The position numbers and the translations under genes are program-made. The notes below the pieces were generated by a model, which had not been told where the DNA came from, ran no database searches, and saw only the letters and a program-made list of their open reading frames with translations. Below are positions 45,029-56,196 of a stretch of 64,000 nt of DNA, piece after piece. This DNA is from Corallochytrium limacisporum Hawaii (lineage: Eukaryota > Protista > Pluriformea). The stretch covers positions 201,190-265,189 of the forward strand of contig PDIP01000063.1 in the NCBI GenBank assembly GCA_002811645.1, in the 5' to 3' direction. Within the stretch, counting starts at the first letter, position 1. Every line of letters begins with the position of its first letter.

Positions 45029-46096
45029 TTTGGCGCGAATGGGTTGCTAAGATCAGATCATGTAAACAACAAAACATTCACAACTATGAGCTCACGAAGA
45101 CCACACTTTAGAAAAGTGATTTCCGGTGTGCTGTAAACCCTCAACCATTTCCTAAAGCCGCAACGCAGTGAAAAGGCTCTTAGAAAAACGAAAGCACTGC
45201 AAGAGCAAGAGCCCGCCCCCGTGAACAGTTGGTCAAAGGGTGCCCACGGTAGCGGGAAGTGGCTAACCCAAACTTTTCGCGCCGATGGTCGGCCGACCCT
45301 AGCCTCGCCCCACAAACCCCCCACCCAACCCCAACCCTTCCGTTGTTTTTCTATGAGAACTTAAGTCACCACCGGGGTTAGGGTACGAACTGGAACTCTC
45401 TCCCCTCCTCCCCCCCCCCCCTCCCCGGGGCGGACCGGGCGAAGGTCAGTCAAGAGAGGAGAGGGGCACGTACGGGGTTCGCAGATGGACAAAGAAAGGG
45501 GGGAGTTTTCGCGCGCGGATGCGTTTCTCTGAACTGTTCAGACAGCGAAAGCACAAAATGCGGATGTTAACCGGGAAAATGGGATGGGACCAAATCGGTG
45601 GGTACGGGCCTGTCATGTCCTTCGGGACTGTACGTTTCATGTCGGCGCCTGCAGATTTCTCTTTTGCATTTCCTCTGTGGATGAAGCAGCCTGAGCGGAA
45701 CACATGAGCAACGGATTTTTAGGGGCAGGAAGGCTAGGTCTCCCAGAGCACGGGGCAAATCCGTCTCTGTGGTTGTCAGGGATGGGTTTGGTCAAACTGT
45801 TGGGTGCGCATGGTCCGGTCCGTCCGTTCATTCGTCATTCTTTTGAGGTTCACCTGTGTGTGATACGCCCCATTGACCCTTCGATTGATGTTCTGTGTTT
45901 TTTTCAAACACTCTAATGTCTCAGAGAACTTTGACCATCCAGACTGCTGTTGATATCCGACTATCGATCCCATTTAAACCCCCAACACGCTCAACATCTA
46001 ACATCCATAATGAAAGTATTGCCGGCCAAGTGCTGATCTCCAGACGACTCACCCGGCGAGAAGGGGGGCCTATTATGCATTCATTTGTGCGCGAAA
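45029..46096. promoter_or_regulatory. Bidirectional CDT1/CDC6 promoter region with four E2F-consensus (TTTSSCGC) sites
   Basis: TTTGGCGCGAA 45029-45039, TTTTCGCGCC 45274-45283, TTTTCGCGCG 45506-45515, GCGCGAAA 46089-46096, between two divergently transcribed genes known as E2F targets in other eukaryotes. Confidence 0.65.
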
Positions 46097-46475
46097 GGTT
46101 TGAATTCTGTCGACTCCGGGTTGGGGGAAGGAGGGAAAGGTGCCAAAGGCGGCAGAAATGGAGGCCCCCCCGGGCGATGGCTCGATACCCTCGCGGAGCT
46201 CTGCGCTGAGCACGCAACTATGAATGTTGGTTGCATGCTGCATTCTGTGATTTCATTTCGAGACAGTCAGTTCCTCAAGGCGCCACTGAGGTCCTTAAGT
46301 TATTAAACCACTAGTATGTAGCGATGAAGGGCTTTGAACCAGAGATTCAGGTAAAATTCAGAGTCCAATCTTTGGTACTGAAAGCGAACTGTCCATTCAT
46401 TTGCCAAGTGATCAGTCTACAGACGAATGCGAACGAGTTAGCGCGTGTGCAAAAAAAAGCGAAATCTAAAACAAA

Positions 46476-48134
46476 ATGACACCCGCAAAGCAGAGACAGC
46501 TGTCATACCCAACCCGGCGACAGCCGCGTCGGCCCTTGGACAAGAAGAAAGCAAAGCGAAAGACGATGGATTGCGCCACAATTGTTGAGAAAATTCGGTA
46601 TGTTTTCCGCAGTAACGATGATAATTTGGAGCTTACAGGAAGGGATAAAGAAAAGAAAAGCATTACAGACTTCATTGATCAGCAGATGAACACCTTTGCG
46701 GTTGGGTTGCCCCGACAGACTGCCAGAGAAACCAGTCGGAGATCCACCCCAGGGGCTTGTGATCCGGCCGATAGTCATGTAGCGAACCAGGCGCTGTACA
46801 TAAGTGGTTTGCCTGGTGTTGGCAAAAGTGCAACACTTAAATGCCTCTGGAATGAAGGGGCGCTTGAGAATACGGAACACATCTTTCTGAACTGCAAGGG
46901 CTTTGAGCGTTGGCAAAGCTTGAGCGTGTCTATAGTGGCCTGGATGCAGCGGGCGGCACTGTCCAGTGCGTCGGAATCAGGAGGTCCAGGCTGCGGGCGG
47001 AGCAGGAAAAGAAAGCAAAAGGACACAAGCGACTCAATTGCGCACCTTCATACCACCAATGTCACTGAGCGCAACGTGGTGGCATTCATGGAGGACTACA
47101 TTAATGCAATGACAGGTCGTTGGCAGAGGCCCTTATTTGTTGTGCTTGATGAAATGGACCAGCTGTCCGAGAAAGGCCTGCTGACAATATTTGACTGGGC
47201 GACTTTATCACAAAGTCCATTGCGTCTAATTGGCATTGCCAATGGCCTAGACTTGACAGAGAGGCTGTTGCCTCGGCTGCAGGCACGTGGTATTGCCCCT
47301 GCCACCCTCACATTCGCAGCCTACAATCGGCAAGGAATCCGTGCCATCCTTGATCAGCACCTGCAACAAGTAGTGGAACAAGGGCGGGTATCTCAGGAGC
47401 AGATTTTGGGCAATGATGATCTCGACTGGGTCTGCCAGCAGGTTGCCAAGCACACAGGTGATGCCCGACTTGCCATTCGCCTTATCGCCGAAGCAGCGCA
47501 GGTGCGGACTGGCGTGGAAAACAAAGAAAACGCAGCGAATGATGGAATGGCAGCGATCACGAGAGCCATGCTCTCGTCAGCGTGGTGTATGGCCACTGGC
47601 CAGGCCCTGGCTCCAACATCTTGTAAGAACCGGACGGCCCTGCAGTCTCTGGCTGCTGCTCACAATGCTAAGGGAACGGGTTCTCCGAACCAGAAAGCGT
47701 CGCTTAAGGCCACCGTATCAGCCGCCTCAAGTATCGCCGACACGTCCAAAATGTGGTGGAACAGCCTGACGGCCCGCCAACGCACCATAGTTGCCGCTCT
47801 TGCCGTTCATTCAGACAACCACAGCAGAAAAGGACTCCCTGGATCCACTGTTGCCACAATCAACAGTCGGCAAGCCCACATGGCCTACGAACGCATATGT
47901 CGCCGGGCCAAGGTACCTCCGTCAGCCATCTGTGGCCTGTCTGAATTTATCGCTGTACTACAGGGTGGTCACTGTGATGCTGCAGTTGCTTTGAGCAAGC
48001 AGCGTAAGGCAAACTCCCTTGTCGTTGAATTCCGCATGAGGCCAAGTCAGATCCTGAGCGATCTTGAGAGCGATTCCATGGTTCGCGCCATCACTACGCT
48101 TGCGATTTCAAAGGCCGATGTTCCTGCGCTTTAG
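46476..48134 (+). CDS. CDC6: Cell division control protein 6 (AAA+ ATPase plus winged helix)
   Basis: LTGRDKEKKSI, Walker A LYISGLPGVGKS, Walker B VVLDEMDQL, LIGIANGLDLTERLLPRL, F.AY, GDARLAI, and a winged-helix C-terminus (YERICRR...LSEFIAVL). Confidence 0.93.
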   Translation: MTPAKQRQLSYPTRRQPRRPLDKKKAKRKTMDCATIVEKIRYVFRSNDDNLELTGRDKEKKSITDFIDQQMNTFAVGLPRQTARETSRRSTPGACDPADSHVANQALYISGLPGVGKSATLKCLWNEGALENTEHIFLNCKGFERWQSLSVSIVAWMQRAALSSASESGGPGCGRSRKRKQKDTSDSIAHLHTTNVTERNVVAFMEDYINAMTGRWQRPLFVVLDEMDQLSEKGLLTIFDWATLSQSPLRLIGIANGLDLTERLLPRLQARGIAPATLTFAAYNRQGIRAILDQHLQQVVEQGRVSQEQILGNDDLDWVCQQVAKHTGDARLAIRLIAEAAQVRTGVENKENAANDGMAAITRAMLSSAWCMATGQALAPTSCKNRTALQSLAAAHNAKGTGSPNQKASLKATVSAASSIADTSKMWWNSLTARQRTIVAALAVHSDNHSRKGLPGSTVATINSRQAHMAYERICRRAKVPPSAICGLSEFIAVLQGGHCDAAVALSKQRKANSLVVEFRMRPSQILSDLESDSMVRAITTLAISKADVPAL

Positions 48135-51100
48135 CTAAATAGAAAAACATACTGTCATAGTTCATGGTATGTATCGCTTCACATCATTAATCGATCAAAA
48201 CCAAAACGGTGATTGTTCTTGGCCTCCGCGGGATCACTCCTCTGCTGGCGAGCGCGGTTTGCTGGCGACGAAGCTGCAGGAAATGGACTCCCCATAAACG
48301 GCATTGTGGCGGACGGACATAACAATGGCCTCAGTGCTTGCTCAGGAGTCCATTATTCCTCTCAGTCGGGAATCTCGGAGGGTATTTCCCAATTTTCGCC
48401 GGTCACCCGGGTCCCTTACCGGCCCGTCCAGTTCTGCGGAAAATGGCTGGGTATGGTCCAACAGAATACTTTTTTGAAACTCGGAATATATATCAAAATC
48501 AGCACTGATTGAATCAAAAGACATTGTTCACACCCCTGGGGGAGGGGGGCGCGCCGCTATTGGCGTCGACGGGGACGAGTGGTGGTGCGCAAATTGAACC
48601 TTTCTTGACGAAATTTGTCGTCGGTTTGACGCCGAAGGTGGGGATGCGGTTCTTGTCGTTCTATTTTGTTTTTCTAAATAGGACTAGACAGAATTAATGT
48701 TTTTTGTGTTGAAAAGACGATCACATTCAGGCTCCTGCTATTGCAACAGAAGAACCAGAAGTTCCACACCTTCGTCGCCACTTTCTGGGAGGGTGGGGAT
48801 GCAGAACAATCCCGTTTTGGCATACATAGAGCCCAACACGCATCATCGAATGAAAGTCTGACCGAGCATGCCTGATGAAGGGCCCACCTTACACTTCCTA
48901 AAAGTGGGAGACTTCTTCGTTGACATCGTCGGAAGCACAGTTTACGGTGTTTGGCTTAGTTGCTTTTGCGGATGTTTGTTTGTGTTGTACATGCCTAAGG
49001 ACTCCTTCCTGGTAGCTTAACCGCCACGCCTCTGCGGCTGCTATTGCAATGGTTTAGCTACCTGTTGCAGCTATCCAACCCTACACGCACTGTCACCCTG
49101 TGCTTCGCAAGGTCTTCTTTGCAAGACGTCCTCATTATTGACTTCACCGGCTGTCAAATTCAAAGCTCCGGGATCCGAGTCTCACATGGGATTTGCCACC
49201 CCGTTTCCTGTGCTGTTTCAGTCACTTTGACCGCTTTTCGGTTTCTCGTCCGCTCATCCACCCACGTATTGAAGCAACTTTGAACGGGCTTCGCAGACAG
49301 TGTCAATTTTTTCCCAGACGGAGGCCCCTGCTTCATTGCCGCAATCCCTGGACGGTCGGCCCACCTTTGTTCCACGCCGGAACAAAACGGGAGAGGAAGG
49401 GAAGGAAAGGAAGATAAAAGGGCGGACTCCAGTTCATGGGCACCCACCACAGTCATCCCTCCACCTACACTCACTCCCCCTCCCGGCATGGGGCAAGGTG
49501 TGAGGTTATTGTCTACAAAGTCACCCTTTCAAATTCCCTTCTCGCTGCGGTGATGCTCTTCCGCTTGCTTCGGGAAGGAGCACGAGCCCGTGCCGGAGCC
49601 GTGCTGAATCTCCCAGTGTGTCCATGCCCGCATCCTGCGAGCAAGCCTTGTAATCGCGTCTATTCATCATCTTCGTTCCAATAAAGATTACTTTTCTCGT
49701 CGCCCCCTTTGCGGTAATCTCTCACTTTCCTTCATTAACCTACGCACTTATTACTCATTTCATCGAATGCATCGGCTTCCTTGCTTCTTCAGGAGTATGC
49801 CCACTTTCAGAGTCCAGAAGAAGCAGACAAGAAGAAGAATTGGAATGCGTGCTCGTTATATGTGGTTGGATCAGATGTTTTCGTTCTCTTTCGATGAATT
49901 TGCAATGACATGTAGGACGGCGTTAGTGATCCTGCCGCTCATATGTTTTCTTAACACTTGTCAAATCAGGGAGCGATTGTGGTGTTATGCGTTCACAAGA
50001 CAACGCACTTCATCATCGGCAAAGATGTTCCGTCTTCTTCATGCTTCATAAACACGCATTCTAGGTGAGTTTCGCAATGCGGTTCCTCCTTTTCGCTGCA
50101 CGAGTTGCAGTACCCTACTTATGGGTGAAACCAAAAAGGATGTCGATCGTACGATCCGCGAGGGGGATATGATCGGGCTGCTGTGATACTGCCCGGTGAG
50201 CCTTCATATAGTTGTTCAGAAATATCTCAATTCACCGCCTTCTGGTTTCCACACAAAAGAGGCGAAATGAATGAATTTCCTGTATCGCCACAAGCGCACG
50301 CCGGAGCAGGGGACAGGCTGCCTGCGGATGAACAAATATCGGCAGGCTGCCACAACGATCGGACATCCAATAATCCACTTCCACCGACGGGGCGACGATC
50401 GTTTCCAGGATAAGTACCTGCTCTGTGTGTCTGTGATGGTCATCCAAGGACTGTTTTCGGAGTAGGAACCTAGAACTTAATACCTTATATTTTGGTCACT
50501 TGATCAGCTTGGATCATTCCAAGCTGTTCCACTCTTTGTCGTCGTGGGTGCGGTCTGGAGTCTCTCCGAAAATACTTCAACTTGGGAGGTCCTGGTGACA
50601 TCCTATTTGATGGCGTGCTGACAGATAACGATTTCGTCTCTGGCCAACCTGCCTCCTGCTGCATTGTCCGAAATTGTTGATTGTTTGTTGACAAACATGC
50701 AACATGAGCATGATGGTCAGGACTAGCCGTTGGTTTGGTGCTGGTGGAGCATTCTCCGCAGAACTAAGGGATGGTTTTCTTGTTGCAGCGGTTGTGGTTG
50801 ATTACGTAACAGTCAAGAAAGTAAAGATCCATGGGAGAACCAAGTTTTCAAACTTGGAAGCGAGCAACGATGGACGGAGGGGAAAGGTGCGATGTTGAAG
50901 TGAGTGTGTCCAAACGAGCGATGGACTATTACGGCGATAATTTGATGGGAAGATGTACTCCAATGGGAATTCGGGCACGGAGAGAGCACAGAGTATGATG
51001 AGTATTCACGCAGTTTAGCACAAGCGAAGAATTTAGAAAGTCGCCCCGGAGCAGCAAATGGGGAAAAGGTCCCGGAACTAGGAGAAAAGGGAAGATAGTG

Positions 51101-54100
51101 ACATTATTATCAGATCAGAGAACCGAAACAAAGTCCTATGACAATGACTTAGAAAAGTAAGTCTAAGTCAAAACACGATCTGTGCTTTTCCGAGTTGTGG
51201 GACGACGGCCTTGCTCCTCATCTTACCCGCTCCATCTTTCTTCTCTACCCGAAGAGAAGCACCACTTGCCTTCGGGTGCAAGTATTTTTCTTCTTTCGCC
51301 CTCTCTCCTTCTCCTCGTTTCTTTTTGGTATTGTTGTTTTCCTCCACATTCATGTTGAAAGAATATTAGTAATGGAACAGTGTATTCATCTCCTTTTTTT
51401 CCTTTTACTTTTACTTTTTTTACACCCCATTTGTTTATCCTCCTCTCGCGATATTTTTTGCTTAGTGCAGGCACTAAGGTTCATCTTCATCAGTTAGGTC
51501 TTCCTTTCCGTCGCCCCAAACAAAGAAAAAACAAAACCGACAGCTGTCAAGGTCTAGGAAAAAAAGGGTATAAGCACAGACAGAATGCAGATCGCAAATG
51601 AATAAACACCGGAGGACCATCTGGTTTAGGACAATTTCATCTCATACTAACTGCCGCATGTCGCACTTCATCGAACTAGAAATGTTAGCTGTTGCTTGGT
51701 GCTACTGTATGCGCACGAGATTCTTCAATTTCGTTCTTGGATGACTAAGTGATTGCGGAATATTGTGCACTAGCCCCACCACACTTGACATTCCTCCTCA
51801 TATAGCTCCGGGTTGTCCATATTGCGAATCTTTTTAATATCCCGCGCTTCGTGAGTTGTTGTCTTCCTGCCAGCCAGCATAGAGAGAAAAGAAAAGGTAC
51901 CTGCGACGGGGGATCACGGTGCAATGCACCAAAGACCTATACAGATATGCAGTCCATGGCATTCTCTCCCTGGCATTCGTCCCTGCCCCCTACGTCCGGT
52001 TTCTTGACATTGCTACCACGTCGCAGACGGAAATGGGTGGGAGAGAAGACGGCAGAGACCAACAACCACTCCCAAAGAAACAAAAATATAACATTCGGAA
52101 GAGAAAATGACACGAAAGAAAAGGGTGAGACACCCTCCGCGCCCGCCCCCTCCACACCTCCCTCCTCCCCAGGCCCACGGGGTTATTACTCGGATTGAAT
52201 ACAGCTTGGTGCGCAGGCAGCGCGGACTTAAATACAGTGTCAACAGTGACAAAATGGACATGCAGCGCACGGCACCAAGACATGCAGGGTCCCTCTGAAA
52301 CACAATGGGATTGGAGTCCAATTCAATGAGACAGAAGAATGAGTGTTTGCCTCACACGTTCATGTCGGACAGTACTTTCCTTTCTTCATGTTCTTCACCA
52401 ACAACAAAAGAGGGAACGTTGTCGATGTATTCGTCAACCGGTGTACCCGCTGGAACCTTATCCATGCTTCCACCTACCCTGTGCCCCAAAACCACCCACA
52501 CAGATACCATTTGGTACAATCGTGTACCCAGTGCAAGCATTGCAATTTTTTTCACATACTTGGTAAAGAAAATGGGAAAATGAACCTGTTGGACATTGAC
52601 CCTAAAGAAAAGATTAGTGTCGGAGCGTAAGAAAAAGTACATTCTACCAAGTTCAAGTAGGGTGTACTATTTGTTTGTAATTGACATATACTGGCCTTAT
52701 CGGGCTCGTCGATGATGATGACGATGAAGACCGACGAACGGTTGAAGAGAGTGTGAGAGTTTATGTGAAGACTTGCTTCTTGGGTACCGTTCCCTGTCAA
52801 GCAAACGGTCCATGTGGGCTGGGTGTGTCGATAAAGCGTTTGTGTGTGTGCGTGTGTGGGTTTGTGTGTGTTTGCGGCTGTATGTGTGTATGTGTATATG
52901 TGTGTCTGTATATGAATGAGTGAGTTTGTTCGTGGAAGAGAGTAAGATAGCGTGCGCGGGCTAGCTTTGTGTGCGTACGTGTGCATATGTGTATGTGAAT
53001 GTGTGTATGTGTGTCCGTTTTCTGTGGCATCAGGACATTGTATATCTTATGTCCCGGTTTGTTTATCTTTCCCTTGCGTCCTGTGTTGGCTGCATACGTG
53101 TGGAAAGTTGAGCTCTTTGAGCAACTGTTTCCAGGTTTCAATTCTGCACCGCGGAACATGGTTCACACTTTTACACGATGCCGATGAGATGGGCCGCAGC
53201 CTTTCATTCCAAACGGTTGTGCAACGTCGCATTTTACAACAAACTCCCGAATCTTCTGCACACCAATGGACCGATGGAAGGTTTTGACTAGCTCCCATCA
53301 CTGAGGCTCCCTTCGGCCCCCAACAATTTCACTATATGGGGCCCGGTCCTTGTCCAACCCGAAAGTAGACTACACCAAAAGTTGTTGTCCTGAATATCAT
53401 GGTATGTCAACCCTTTCTGAAATGTTCGCCCTTGTCCGGGGTTTATTTCTTAGCCCCTTTCCTTCGGCTACGGGAAAGCGTAGGGAAACCCACATTCAAT
53501 CCCAGCAACATAGTCGAATGTCGCACGCAAGTTGTCGGGTATAATGCGGCCAGAGAAATTTGAAAACAAAGGGGCTGGGGTGCTCTTCGGACTTGGACCA
53601 GCCCTTGTGTCCTGCAAGGTTCGAAACAGTGCCAGTAAACTAATTGGTCTTTGCTGTTGAACTCGCCAAATCTGCCATATTCTGGCCAAGGTAGAATTAA
53701 ATAAGGCGTGTTCCGATAGAGGCACTTCGGCACGTAGCAAAATCTCTAGTTCCCCAATTGATGATCGCATGGACCTTTGTGTCATTCGGAGCGCGCACGG
53801 TAATCACTTGCAATTCCATTGTAACAGTTGTACCATAGACCTTACATTTGGGATTCACTCCCCGCTCCCGCCCCTCACAGATTTTTTGTCATGCTCTCGC
53901 CCCGTGGTGTGGTTGCATTAGAATCCTGCGCCATCATATTAGACCTCAATTCGGTGTAGGAGTGATGATCGAACGATGAGGAACAGTGTGTTTATCGGAG
54001 ATGGACAGGGAATGTCACAAGATCAACTAAATCAAAGGCATTCTCTTCACTGCGACTATGTTTTCAATACTGTTGCGATCAGATCCAACGAGAAAGGTCA

Positions 54101-56196
54101 AAGCGGACAAAACTCAAGCCCAACCCATAACAAATTCCTGGCAAAGTAGCCGCTGCTTCTCACACTTCATTGTTTGATTCTTCACGCGAGACTCAGTACC
54201 CGTGGTCCCGTGGGTAGCCATCTACTCCTGGCCTATCTCCGTACTACCTGAGAGCACATTGGTGACATGTTTTGGAAATTCGTGTACTTGAATGCGTGAT
54301 TAATACTTGCACAGCTTTTTATTGCATTCGCTCATTATCAGAACCACATGTCGAAAAGAAGCGAAACGATTGTGCCCATGCGCTTGAGGTGGTGTGTTGG
54401 CTGCTGGGGCCACATTGATGCCGCACTCCAAATCACACCCCTTGCTGCGACAGCATCTCGTGTGCTTAGTGTGACACTTGCGGCGCAAGTTACCCGAGGT
54501 GACCCAAAATGAATTTACTACACCAGTTCATAGTATACAAAAGGAACAACAACACACATGAGCGCAATGGCACAGGCATCTGATCTACGGCACATGGATT
54601 GTGCTCTATATCTGTCATATACATATAATTGTCCTCGTCCTCCTTTCCCTTCCACCAGGAACACTCACAAGGGGTGCCCGTCCCTACCTTATCCCTTTCC
54701 CCCTTCCCCCCCCCCCCCCCCCCCCCCNNNNNNNNNNNNNNNNNNNNNNNNNNNNNNNNNNNNNNNNNNNNNNNNNNNNNNNNNNNNNNNNNNNNNNNNN
54801 NNNNNNNNNNNNNNNNNNNNNNNNNNNNNNNNNNNNNNNNNNNNNNNNNNNNNNNNNNNNNNNNNNNNNNNNNNNNNNNNNNNNNNNNNNNNNNNNNNNN
54901 NNNNNNNNNNNNNNNNNNNNNNNNNNNNNNNNNNNNNNNNNNNNNNNNNNNNNNNNNNNNNNNNNNNNNNNNNNNNNNNNNNNNNNNNNNNNNNNNNNNN
55001 NNNNNNNNNNNNNNNNNNNNNNNNNNNNNNNNNNNNNNNNNNNNNNNNNNNNNNNNNNNNNNNNNNNNNNNNNNNNNNNNNNNNNNNNNNNNNNNNNNNN
55101 NNNNNNNNNNNNNNNNNNNNNNNNNNNNNNNNNNNNNNNNNNNNNNNNNNNNNNNNNNNNNNNNNNNNNNNNNNNNNNNNNNNNNNNNNNNNNNNNNNNN
55201 NNCTCCCCTCCCCTCTCCCTCCCCTTCCCGTCCCTCTCTCGTCCGTCTGTGTGCGTGCACGCTGCTTGTCATTGTCTTCTATAGCGCAGGCGATCGCTCC
55301 GTGTTTGCACCAAAACTTGTCCTGAAGATTTCGCTTACATTTTCACCCTGCATCCATTCTATGCCCTCCTCCCTCGTCCACTCCTCTCGCGCCGTTCAGA
55401 TCTATAGCTTCCGTTTGGCCAGACAGGTGCTCCACCAATTTCTCACTCAGTCTCGTGCCTCTCCCCTCCATTGATTCTCCCTCTTCCCCCTTCCCCCCCG
55501 GGGGGGGGGGGGTTGGTTTTTTCGACCCTTTGGTGTGTCTGCCTGCCTGAACCCTTATTGTCCTCCTGAGTTTACTCCACCACCTCCCGAAAGTGCCCCT
55601 CTCTCTCCTGTTTTGGTGTTTCCATACTGTCGGCTCAGCACAGCAAGGGTGTGTTCCTTCGGCTATGACTTTTTCTCTCTAACTGTTTGCTGCTGCGGTT
55701 GTGTCGTTCAGTCTGTTTACCTGGTGGCCTTAAGTTGGTGTGTGCGTACATAGTTCGACAGTAGTGTGTGCATAGTCAGGTGGTGGTGGGTGGACCATTT
55801 TGTCTCCCTGAAGACCCGAGAGGCCAAATCGAATTGGGTGTACCCAAAGAGTGAATCGTTTTCTCTTTGTCTTCTCCATCAAGGCGAAGTCCTAAGCACT
55901 TATTCCTTTTTCGGAATGCCCATTGCATATGTCGTACTAAATTTTTTGCCCTGCTTTATTTCCAATTCTTCTTGCGTCCTGCGAGTTTACATAGAAGGAC
56001 ATCTTGACGGAACCTAAAGCTATTCGAAATAGTTCACTATCACTTATTTCAAAAAGTGTGATCATATCCCAAGAGTGTGCGAGACTTCCCAAGTCATTCA
56101 GAGGTTTCTTGGCGAAGATACAAAAGAAGAGACGTCGTCAAATTCAGTTCGGGTAATAACTTGCACCCCAAATGACTGGATTCCAGTTCACATAAA

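Noticed and set aside
45045-45056. GCTAAGATCA similarity to U2 snRNA; also a U5-loop-like GCCCTTTAC at ~1211 and an MRP-like GAAAGTCGCCCCGGA at ~51036
   Set aside because: Short chance matches; the required flanking elements (GTAGTA branch-pairing region, Sm site, CR-V) are absent. No tRNA, rRNA or CRISPR array was found.
46655-46680. PIP-degron-like SITDFI in Cdc6
   Set aside because: It falls in the conserved GRExExxxIxxF helix at the start of the AAA+ domain.
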